A stretch of 64,000 nucleotides of DNA from positions 1,984,001-2,048,000 of the forward strand of contig JBHGNT010000006.1 of the NCBI GenBank assembly GCA_043228905.1, given 5' to 3'. The position numbers and the translations under genes were made by a program. The notes under the pieces were generated by a model. That model worked only from the letters and a program-made list of their open reading frames with translations, ran no database searches and had not been told where the DNA came from. The first letter of the stretch is position 1, and each line of letters starts with the position of its first letter. Of this stretch, positions 49,351 to 61,352 are shown piece after piece. Origin of the DNA: Azolla caroliniana (lineage: Eukaryota; Plantae; Polypodiophyta).

Positions 49351-52300
49351 TACACACACATATTGAGTTGCTTAGTAAGCAATTTTGTGCTCTTCATCAT
49401 GTTGTCAGAATTGTTTTATTGAACAGAAAAACCCACTTCTTCACGTTTAGAAAAAGTTAGATATGCTTAATTTTCTTTAATCTGTCTATTCTTGAATATG
49501 AATGCAGCGGTGAATGATCCCATGAAATCGAGGGTAATTATCTTCACAAATTTTCGAGAAAGTGTAAAGTAATTACATCAACATTCTTTCAAACATATCA
49601 CAGTGTTCCCCAGTGTTTGATATATCTAATTTTACCATTTTGATTGTGATGTTTTTTTTCATATTTTTGCAGGGACATTTTGGAGACACTAAAGATTCTT
49701 GGAGATACAGTGAAGGCAATGGATTTCATTGGTCAAAGCTCAGGTATTTGCATTTTATACCTTATAACGTCTATCTTACAAGTTACAAATCATATACTTA
49801 TGTATGTCCATATGTTTGGCTACATGCATATTCTCTTTTTGAATTATGATAACAATGGAACTTCTCAAGAATCACGACGGTTTCTATTCAAACTTAATGG
49901 GCATCTGATTCTTTATTTCACTTCCATGGTTTCATACTCACTGTCTGCTTCTACATTGTTTTCAAAGACTTTATGTTATCTGCTAATGCAGTTAAACTCG
50001 ACATATCATAAATTGTCCATGTTATGTAACAAGAATCATGTTTAATGTTTGCTAGAAATTAACAGGTAAAAGTTCGAAGGGTCAAAGCCAAAAAGTGCAA
50101 CAAGCAGTGTTGCAGGTAATAAAATGTCCATGCAATTAATCTTCTGATTCACTGGAAGTTATTCGACCAATATTAATTGTCTCCTTCTACAATCTTACAG
50201 AAATTCCGCACGGGTGGTTTTAATACTATTGTTGCAACCTCAATTGCAGAAGAAGGGTTGGACATAATGGAGGTGGACCTTGTCATCTGTTTTGATGCCA
50301 ATATCTCACCTCTTAGGATGATACAAAGAATGGGAAGAACAGGAAGGAAACGTGATGGAAGAGTCAATATCCTTTATGGAAGACATTTCTCTATTTGAGA
50401 TTTATTTTCAGATTTCATGCCTTCATTTTTGGAATACTTTGACCAAATTTCTACTAGTTTTGGCAAGTGAAGGAGCAGAAGCTCAAGGTTATTTGAAAAA
50501 GCAGGCGAAAAGCAAAGCTCTTGGAAAGCATATGCATAATGGTGGCATAAATAGTTTCAACTTCCATCCAAGTGCTCGTATGGTATGGCTGGCAAATATG
50601 TTGGAGAATCATGTTAGATAAAAATGTGGTTACTCATGCAAAGTGGGAATCTCACTATTGTCCACAAATGCACGTATTTGTTTTGTGATTCTTAGAACTT
50701 CTGCTCCTGTTTTTTACTGAAATTTAAATTAGATTTTGTTTGCCAAGTTTTGTTTTGTCTCGTGTCCTTCATTATAACACATCTGTTTTACAATTCATAC
50801 ATCAGAGTGGCCAGATCTCTTTTGATGCCATTGAGACGGTATCGTTTGCAACCATCCACATGTCCTGCTTTTCTCCTGCCATCTATGCAGATCATTCACT
50901 ATGTCGCTTATAGAACCCATCTTCTGGTTGAAGAACAATCTGATTGACTTTGTTCCTTCAACTGATGGTACTCTTCATCATAACACTTCTGTCGTACAAT
51001 TCATACATTTGTTTTGATGCCATTGAGACGGTCTTGTTTGGTACCACCCACAAGTCCTGCTTTTCTTCTGCCATCAATGCAGATGATTCATTCTATCACT
51101 AGATTCAGTAAAGGATATATGAGACTTTTCACCTATCTAAGCTCATTCACTGCAACTACGTTAGCATCCGTGAATAGCCCAATTCAATACAAGGATCTGT
51201 GATATTCTTGCACCTATCTGAATCTATTCACTGCATCCAGGTAACGATTGGTTTTCAGCCCCAACTCATTAATCCTTTGCAAGAGGCCTAAGTGGCTTCT
51301 ATGCATACACCTGAAAGACTATATTTTTAATTGGATAACTGGAGTAAAGTCTATCAGAATTCACTTGTTAAATATTTTAACAATGTATGGATGCTTAAAA
51401 CAGCCAAAGTCAGGCACAAAAACTTAGTTGGCTGAGTATGGCTGAGCATCTAATTGAATGAGTCCTAAACCAGTTTAGGTTGCAATATTTTAGCTCTGCA
51501 TCTCTCGTCAGTCCTCTTGGTAACAGGTTTACTTTAAACAAAGGCCAAGAATTCCAATAGATTTCAGACCTCCTTTTTTTTGCTAAACATTGCAAATATT
51601 TGCAGGTTCCACATTCCATAAAGCCAGAAGTTCAGCTGATTGAGTTATCAATAATAAAATTTGTACCTCGTGTGAAGAATAGACCAAAAATAGAGCCACC
51701 GATATTGGATCCTGGTTCTGTAGAACTGACAGTTGAGGAGACCCTTTCTTTGAGAAGGTACATTGAACCACACCTGTCTGCCAGTTGTATGTGGAAGCCA
51801 TCATTGATTGCATTTCCACATTGCCAGCTTGTTCCCACCAAGGTGCACAATGTAAAACATTCAGGAAGGACAATCTCCATGCTTATTGATACTTTGCAGT
51901 CACTTCACGAATACAAAGAGAGAAGACATCATGATTCACAGGTATTGCATCTGTTATTTGAATGATGTTTCTTAGGGCTGTTAAAAATTCTTCAATGAAA
52001 TTGGCTTTTGTTTGCAGTTTCCTAACTTGCTTGGGAATGATTATTCAGAGGATCCTACCATAGAAGAAGGTAATCTCTTAATAATAATAATATTATTATT
52101 ATTTTCCTGTTTGAATGTGTGACATTAGGACCGTTGCTCAATTATTCTGTGAGTTCATATAACATAGTTAAAATTCTTAAATAGTATATGCTGTGCAAGC
52201 TATTTGCTAGGTTTCTGATGGAAGATTGTGACGGAAAACAGTACAGGTTAGTCCCCGTTCAAAGGCATACTGTACCCCAGATATGGATGTGAAACACTTT

Positions 52301-54647
52301 GTGTCTATTGAACGAGCCCCTGCATTTCAATTTGCAGAAGGTTCCTCCGACGATTTGGAGCCAGAAAATGAGCAGGATTCTGCATCTGTGGCTCTGGATT
52401 CAACCTTCCATATTGACATGGAGGATAAACCCCCAGCTGTTGAAGATCAACTTGATCCAGTCAAGGAAAATATAATCAGCACACCAGAAGAAAATATATC
52501 TTCTAATCACAATGCGAACATTCCAAACCTGCCTTTTGCAACCAGATGTGAATCTCAACTGCCCAAGGTTGAGCAATCTCCGAGATCTAAACAATGCATC
52601 TTCTTTGAAGAGATTGTATCAGTTGGTGCTGGAGGCTTTGTTCAAATTGCGTCACCCCCTAGGCTTCCACTTCAGGGAGTTTTGAAATGCTACAACAGAA
52701 ATGATTGTCAGGCTTGTAATGAATGTCCAGGTCCTGCTACACTAATGTCATCCAGTGAATTGAACTTTAATGGTATTATTGTAACTGGAATAATTGACCA
52801 ACCAAGACCTAACATATTGCAACAGAAAACAGAGGATTTTATTTCAGTCTCACCAGGATGTGTCGTGACATCTACACCAGAAGAAAAGATTCTGATGAGA
52901 GGTTACAGAACCATACAAGACATAAATTTTGAAGATATGAATTATTACAGCCCACGGTTATGCAGTTTGGCAGATCAGGGTATTGTTCCATTATCGCCTG
53001 GTCTGGAACTGGCTCCAATTTCTTCGTCTATTGTCAACGATGCATGTTTTATGCAACATGATAAAAATATGCAGAGTGTGATTAAGCCCGTTGTAAAGAT
53101 TGATGGAAGCAGTGACATCTTTTTAAAGCGATTGCAAGATAGAAATGACAACATAGATATGAGCAGGAGAATGTCAGCTGTAAACATTACTAGTGCTGGT
53201 GGGGACATCTCAAGTAAGGTATTGGCCGATGAACCAAGTGGTTCAAAATCAACTATACTTCGAACTCCTACAGTTCATCTAGCTATCGATAATGGTAGTT
53301 TGAACTTGGAATCATCCTCTTGGATGAAACCTCTTGATGCATCTTCCTCCGCTCAGAAACCTAAGAAATTTAGACGCCTTCGAAAGGCAAAAGATGGAGA
53401 GAAAAAGTTCCCACACAGGTCTGAACAACCATGTAAACGGTCAGGGAAGCAAAGGTTGAAGTTCGAGGCTGCAATATTGATTGATGAAGAAGCCGAGTAA
53501 ATCCTTTATATATAACTTTTTCTAGTTCTTTTAGACATTCATGTATATTTTTCGTAATTTGAATAGAATCTAACTTCACCTTATGCGATAATCTAGGGTC
53601 TCCTCCGATGGTGATGTCTCTGCAGATGAAGATGATGCTGAAGATGAGCTAGGGTCTTTACAAGATTTTATAGATGATGAGGTTGAACCTACAGTATCCA
53701 CTTCAGGAGGTTGTGAACCTATTGACATGATGGCTATTTACAGGTCTCTCACGATTCTTTGTGTGGAAAGGTTTTCTGTGTAAGAAGTCGTGTAAACATA
53801 TGTAGATAGATAACGGTACAGCACCACTTAATAGGTGAATGGATCAGACTATATATTAAGTCACAAAGAAAAATCTGAAAGGCATTTAGATTTCTGAGAA
53901 GAGATATATAGTTTCAATAGTGAATGAAAAATAAACCGTCAGTAAGGACCGTGAAATTGATTTAATTTAGCACACGCTTGGTTCCTTAAAGTGCCCAGAA
54001 ATAGATTGTATTTCTCAAAAACACAACTCATTTACTATTCTGGTTAATCATGTAGGAAGTCTTTGCTAACACCATCCCCATTGGCTGGAGAAATGGTTCC
54101 TTTGATGAGAAGATTGGAACATACTGCAACACCCGGGTCTGATGCTAGCCTCAAGGTTTTGAGTTCAAATCATTCTGAGAGTAGGTTTTTAAGCAGTTCA
54201 GCTAGTGAAGGAGTCTTACAATCGGCTACACCAGCCAGTGTTTCGGTTGAATCAGCCATAGATAAAAGTCTACCACAAACTGTGACTTGTTTGGATCCAC
54301 ATCTGGAAAGCTCTACAAGTATCTACAAAAATACTGCCAGCATACATGAGCCAACTACCACTAAGATGCAAGAAAGAAAGCGTAAGTTAAGTTTTCAACA
54401 AGAAGACAGGTGGGATTCCAGAGACATATCAACTATAGGCACACAATTTGATGACGATGACCCATTTTCTGGCATTGATTTAGATGCATTGGAAGTTGAG
54501 GCGGTGCAGATGTCACGTTCTCATGTACAACAAGGACAAATGCAGAGTAACAATATACATGCCAATGCTCAAAACAATGATGAGCTGCAATTAAAGGATG
54601 TAAATTTGGAGTTTCTACCATCTTTTAATCTTGGATTTGATTCTTAG
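43970..54647 (+). CDS. FANCM: FANCM DEAH-box DNA translocase, ~21 exons: 43970-43996, 44379-44859, 45176-45319, 46248-46330, 46975-47089, 47228-47319, 47548-47602, 47695-47816, 48300-48413, 48525-48718, 48804-48934, 49508-49568, 49673-49743, 50066-50115, 50201-50366, 50455-50582, 51606-51941, 52018-52069, ~52338-53496, 53597-53743, 54056-54647
   Basis: [27 protein letters not shown] (Walker A), [60 protein letters not shown]-terminal PSFNLGF. Splice phases are consistent. Confidence 0.95.
50367..50454 (+). other. U12-type AT-AC intron (88 nt) in FANCM
   Basis: 5' ATATCCTTT, branch-like TACTTTGAC ~11 nt before the terminal AC; removal gives GRV-IVLASEG in frame. Confidence 0.88.
50768..51100. 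repeat. Diverged ~130-bp duplication in a FANCM intron
   Basis: TTTTGATGCCATTGAGACGGT and GTCCTGCTTTTCT.CTGCCATC.ATGCAGAT at ~50820-50900 and ~51012-51095. Confidence 0.8.
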
Positions 54648-56552
54648 AATCATTGAACTGAATTTTAACTGTGCACATTTTGTCACTCATACCACACTGA
54701 CTCACTATTGATTTTGTATGATATGAATAAACATGCATTCAATTTAAGATTGCAATTTTCTGAGGGTTCATGTGTTTGCTATGTGACTGACCACTGTTTT
54801 AATGTGAGACATTGAAGGCAAAAGTTAGAATCAGACGAGCATTTTCCATACCATAATGTTCATACATTTAGCTTGAGATGTTATTTGAATGTCCATACTA
54901 GGCTCATTACAAAGTCAATTACATTTTAAGAAATAATGATGATGTTATTTGAATGTCCTAGGGAGGCAAGAAACATGTTCCCTAGAATCCAAAACTATAC
55001 CACTAGAGGGTTTCCCTATTGGTGGTGCTGGTGTACCCAAATGTGATGCATGCATTTTCGTAAGGAGAGAACATTCATGTTGTGTAGAGGCTGGGGTGGC
55101 ATGGTGAGTTGTAGTTGATTGTGCTTCACATCTTGTGATATACTCATCATCCTTAATCTCATGATCTAGTTAGTCCTCTGAAATCTCCATTCTTGATTTC
55201 AGAATCATGACTATGAATATGGAGGGAGGTTGGCCATCTCATGTACAAAGGTGTGGTGCATTCTATCTCTTACTTAAATGTGTACCAAAATGTGGAGTTT
55301 ATGATATTCTTAACATCTAGTTCCATATGGTTGTAGTGCAGCTAAATGAAATGATTTGATGCTCACCCTAAGCATATAATTGGTGGCTCAAGTATTGTTG
55401 ACACATTTCATCTCTTAAAACCATTTGTGTGTATTGTGTAGTGAACTAAGAGCTAAATATATGTATAAGGACATCATTACGATTCAACTTGATTTAGTGC
55501 AAGTTTTGGTCATGTCGGATCAATTCATACAAAAAATGGGATTTGGTCCTCATGTTTGTCACTTGATACATATTATCGATGAGTGGTAATTTCTAGAGTA
55601 ATGCTTGATGGGGGACTTACTCTAGAAAATATTCCTTCCTTTCAAGCTCTTTCAACCGTGTCGATTGAATTCTTTTCCTTGGCTCAACAACACAAACACA
55701 TAATCCACAGTTAATCAAAGTGGAGGGACATATGTTATACCACATTCCATTATATTTTCATCGTTCAGGCATGACACACATGTTTATCCAAGGCTCTCAC
55801 CATTTAGGACGATATGCAACCGTTGATTTCCCCTAGGAAAGTAAAATGTTTAAGTACTATTGTATTTATTTTTAATAATATCCTCTTCTGAGATATTGTA
55901 TGTCCTTCATTGGATGGCCAAAATACATATTAATGCCACCAAATGAACACTCATGATATGTACAGAACACCCTTTGCTTGCTTTGGGGTGGAAGGGCAAG
56001 TGATAACTCATGGACATATAACAAGACAATCATGATATCTCTTGGGATGAGATGCATTTTTGGACATAATGATTCACACGATAGCATTTGGATATCTCTT
56101 ATTTAAAGACTCCTTCGTCGGTGACCATATTTGGGTTTCCATTGCATGATATAAGGATTAAACCATCCACATTGTTGACTCAATTAGTTTGTTCTCGGAA
56201 ATTAGTGCTTCATCTTGGATTAGGTTTCATATGGTCTCTACTATCCAAGTTGTGGGACTTTCTTCTTGGGGGAATCATGCCTCCGTGTGATCAAGGTTTC
56301 TCATACCAAAACTAATATGCTATGTGCAACCAAGTGTGATGGTTTTATTTTGCTCTCTACGATTATGGGGCTATTGGCATGATTGGACCATCTGGAATGT
56401 GTTAATCTTTCGATTCCCATTATTGAATGCATAAAGATCTCAACCAACAATTACCAGATCATTAGAGTATGCATTCTTGAATGAGGTCTACATCATCATT
56501 GGTAGTTCGATATCTATTAGCATATTAACAATAATACATTGGAGTATGAGCT

Positions 56553-56935
56553 AACAAGTCCCCTCATCTTACTCGACCAACACTGACAATGCTAACAAGT
56601 TCCCTTGTCTTACTCGATCCGCAATACCACCTAGTCTCCTTGGCTTACAAGGCCCTCGACAAATCGAGTGTGTTTTTTCCTAGGATGACCAAACCAAGAA
56701 GGAGGTTCGTAGACCAACTCTAGTGCATCTCATTTAGAATACTTTTCACGTACTAGAAACTGAACCCCTTGGCTTACACGATCCTCAACACCAACAAGTC
56801 TCCTTGTCTTACAGGGTCCTCCCCGAAATTGAGAGTGCTTTTTCCTCGGATGACCAAAGTAGAAGGAGCTTCGTAGAAGGACTCTAGTACATCTCACTTA
56901 CTAATACTTTTCATACTCCAGAAATTGAACTCCTC
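56553..56935. repeat. Compound diverged tandem duplication (short AACAAGTCYCCTTGTCTTAC units plus two ~140-bp copies)
   Basis: Long copies at ~56633-56770 and ~56796-56933; short units at 56553, 56594, 56765. Confidence 0.7.
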
Positions 56936-57991
56936 CCTCAATCATATTCTTGATGGGAAACACACTTAAACGAGTAGTTTCAGAGACACGCGTATTGAAG
57001 GACACATTTTCAGTGTATAGGTGAGGATGAAGGGTTATATCTATAGATAAGTTTGGTCAAGTGATTAAAACTGACATTTTAGGTGTTGGCATTCAAGTCA
57101 AATTCCTCCGAGAAAGACCTTGGAATTTGCTCTTTCAATTTTCACTTGGTATTTCAATGTGAAAAAGACGAATGGAGACGTTGAGATTTTCATGTGTGTT
57201 ATATGAGCAGAAGCAGCGAGGATTCCTCGCACACAATAAATGTATTTGTTATTATATATATATACATATACATACATATAATATAATAATATGGTAATCA
57301 GATAAGCTTAATGCTTGCAATAAGATTTCACAGAGATTTTTTCTGCATTCATCTCATAGAAAGAGTATATATATACATACTACATATACATATTGATTAG
57401 CTCAACAAATTAGTTAACAGAAGTTTTTGTGAAGGATTTCTTCCTCATCATCTTCTTCTTCTTTATAGAAATTATATGCGTTTGCATCTGATCACATTGC
57501 TTTGATCTAATCAGTTCCATCATTTATAGAGCATTTTATTTTACTTGTGAGCATTTTTCTTCAGAGAAAGTCGCTTATCAGAATCCTTTTGCTTTTAGAC
57601 CTTTTTGGTCACAGAGAAAACTACATAAGAGAGCCTTTTTCTTTTTGTTATTTTGATTTTGGGCATTCTGTCTTCACAGAGAAAGCTAGATAACAGAGTT
57701 TGTTTTTGCATTTTCTTTATAAAAAAAGCTAAATATATATACGCATATATTGCTGAGATCAGATCAGTTAACAGGTAGATTTTCTCTCGAATCTGAAAGT
57801 TTTCTCCTTCTTCCTTCTCATAGGAAGTATATAGATACATATATTATTGATACAAAAGATTATTAATTTATCATAGAAAAGGATTGTAAGTACCTACATA
57901 CATACACATATTGTTGCGACCTGATCAATCTAGCATACCAATCCAGAAAAACTAGTGCACTTTTTTATTTTTAGTTTTTATTACTATCTGG

Positions 57992-58294
57992 ATGGCACCC
58001 TTCATTAGACCTCCTTGCTCAGAGACAAATTCGTGGGGCGGATCTCTAATAAAGAAAATGCATCTTCATCAGAGTGAAGACGCAGAGCAATGTGATCAAA
58101 TCTATAGTCCTAAGTCTCTAATAAGAAGCCATAATTCCTCACCAGAGGGATTTATGCACTATTCCCACAATACATCAGAATACTCGCGATCGACATCTAT
58201 ATCTACATCGACATCATCATCAACATCATCTCGCTATGCAAAAGCAGATGATCTCTCTGTAAGTCCATCGAAAACTAATCTGAATCTTAATCTT

Positions 58295-58376
<82 letters not shown>

Positions 58377-61352
58377 CTTTTATATTAGTAGGCATACTGC
58401 TATATCGGCATAAAGATCTGGCATTAAACCATCATCGTTCCATGTACCATCGTTGGGATTCTATGAATGCGTGGAATTATCATGGTTTATGTATTTATGT
58501 GCATATTCACACTAATATGAACTATATGTAGAATGATTGAGCTGATCGTTGGTGATTATGATACACTAACCTAACCCACCATGGTTGGTAGGCAATCGTT
58601 CACATATACCTATCTAGCTGAAAGGCTGTAATGGACATATTAAGATCAATATGTGGCTTCATTTAAATGGATCTGTTGGGATTAACCAACTTACTCTAGG
58701 TGGTGAATGCTATGTGATTAACACACCATGGTTTGGTATGGAACCAGTGGAATGTACGTATGTACCTGCCTCAACATGATGTTGTGATGTCTCGATATGT
58801 AATGTCATTGGGCTGATCTCTATTGGGGATTCACATTACTCTAGTTGGTGATGATATATATTGGGGATTTTATTAGGCATAGGGTTTGATGTTCAATCAA
58901 TGGGATACACCTACATATATGTACCCATTTGTTCTGATTGTTCACCATATCCATGGACAGTTGATCTGTAGACCTAGAAGGCTGAATAGCTGAATTCCTT
59001 TCTACAGGAAACCCCTGCCATTCAGAGGGTGAAATCAACAAGTGTGAATAAAGAGACAAACTTGAACAATACATTACAGAGGCAGAATAGTAAGAATGGT
59101 ACTAAAAACAATCTCTTATCTCGTCTTGACTATTCTGAGGCATTGTAATTTCAGTATGTTACATATCTCCTAATGTATTATAATCTTGTTTTCATTTCTA
59201 GGACTTCAGACTACCTTGCTTGATATGTCTCATAATCCTTCAGGTGGTGATTATCCTAATACAGCTTCTCTGAACTCCTTGATAAGCACTTTGATGTGTC
59301 ATTATCAACCTAGTGTTGACGGATTGATATCAATGATCAAGGCTTGTTTAATCAGGGTACCTTAGTCACATCCAAATGGAATGAAACTGAAAAGTGGGCG
59401 AATAAGAATGCTGATTCTCCTCCAATTGCAAGAAATGGCTCCAAACCGACTCGTCGAGATTCAGTGATGAGCATCGAGCAAGAAAGGACATCTTTGCACA
59501 CTGCTTTTAACAAGGTCAGGGTCCTGTACCGCACATCCTGAACTTTTTAAAAGTAAATCCCAAGGGTCATGAACATTTCCCTGAAATCTGCATTCTTCAA
59601 GGGAAATAACCTATTACATGCACCTTGTGTTAGAAGGGTTGAGTGTTTCAACAACTCTAGATGCAGCATTTGATATCCATCCAAGGAAGCCATCTAGAAA
59701 GAAAATAAAAGTTCTCTACAACTCTATGTTTTATTGAATGCATTGTTCGCAGGTTAGCTCAGAAATGATGCAACCGATATGTGCATCAAGAACCATTGTA
59801 AATACTACAGCAGCACCAGTTGTTGCACAGAACAAGGTGCATAGGGACGCACTCATCGATAAAGTTGTAACAGGAAATGGTAACGATGGATATATATTGG
59901 ACCTTCAACATCCAATAATAATTAATTTGCACCCTTCGTTTGAGAATTACGATGTTAAGGCTAAAGGAAAAGAATTCAATCGACACAATGTTCGGAAGAG
60001 AGATGACGTTCCAACTCAGCAAAGAAGACCATTGGCACCAACAGGTTTTTGAAAGATGTGTTCATTATTTGAAAGTGTTAAAAATCATATCAACATATAT
60101 TGGATTTATAGTGTGTTGTTCATGCCATATATCAATCGATCAATCCATTGATCCATTTTACTCTCGTGGTCGCATATATTTAGGTTTTAATTTGGTGTGG
60201 TGTTTGTTGTAGATGCAACTAGTAGGAATGAAATAGGGGTGCGATTTCCTGAGAAAATGCATGTGAAGAATGCAGATCAACATCATCATCCGTCATCCAA
60301 CTATATGAGGGATGCATGCACAGAGATATCTCCATCAATCTTATGTAGAAGAGACATGGGGACACAAATGACACCCTCTGGGGGTTCAGCGAATTCGAGT
60401 CGTAGGCTGAGTCCACCCAAGAGAGGTGGACATAAATCCCCACCACGGCACAACACGCCAGTAAAGAGATCTAGCATGGATAGTATAGCTGTTATGAACT
60501 CGTTTCAAGGATCATGTGAGAGGGCAGATGGGGATCAGATGCAAGAACAACAGTTACTTGGTATAAGGAGCTTCGATCCTCGCTGGAGTCCGAGGGCAGA
60601 TGAAGATGAGGATGAAATTGTGGTTGGTTCAAGAGGGCTTGACATTGAGGAGTGCTATGGCAAACATGATGTCCTCGAGGCCCGAACAAATGCTTGGAGA
60701 GAAGCTACAAGATTGAAAGTTCTGGCTAGGTAACATATGATTGTTTGATTTTGTACTGACCCATTTCATGTTCTGCCTATTTATCCCCACCAATCCTTCA
60801 GTTTTCTTCCCATTTCCAGAAACTAGTTAGATTCTTTTCATGTTCAAGCAATTTTGATTCCTTTCATGTTCAAGCAAATTTTAGTTGAAAACGAGTTTTT
60901 GTGGGTTAGGTATGAGCGCGAGGAGCTAAAAATTCGAGCTTGGGAGGATCATCAAGCAGTCAAAGCCGAAGCTGAACTGAAGAAGCTGCAAGTGAGAAAC
61001 TTCTTTTTCAGTAGGGTATTAGGCTATATTATGTACACACACACAAAGGCAGCATTACATATGCATGTGTTCCAACACAGAAAACATATGTAAAAATTAA
61101 ATTAGATCTTGTTGGTTGATTTGTTGTGGGATTGTGTAGATAAAGTTGGAGAGAAAGAGAATGCAAGCAGCTCGAAAGATAGTGAACAAGTTGGAAGCTG
61201 CTCAGAGGAGGGCTGAGGTATTGAGGGCAACTGCGAGGGCCAACGAAATGCAGGCATTGGAAAGTTTGGCGGACGAGCGAGATAAGCGTAGAAGGCCGAA
61301 AGACATCTGCACTCGTCTTCCACTATGTTCTTGCCTTACACGGTTTCTTTAA
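57992..61352 (+). CDS. Remorin, group-6-like; probable exons 57992-58258, ~59356-59514, 59753-60043, 60213-~60729, ~60910-60991, 61140-61352 (5' part uncertain)
   Basis: SKWNETEKW, RRDMGTQMTP, SPPRHNTP, LEARTNAWRE, RYEREELKIRAWEDHQ..KAEAELKKLQ.KLERKR coiled coil, C-terminal LPLCSC anchor. Confidence 0.85.
58298..58373. repeat. (TA)n microsatellite in remorin intron
   Basis: Directly visible. Confidence 0.95.
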
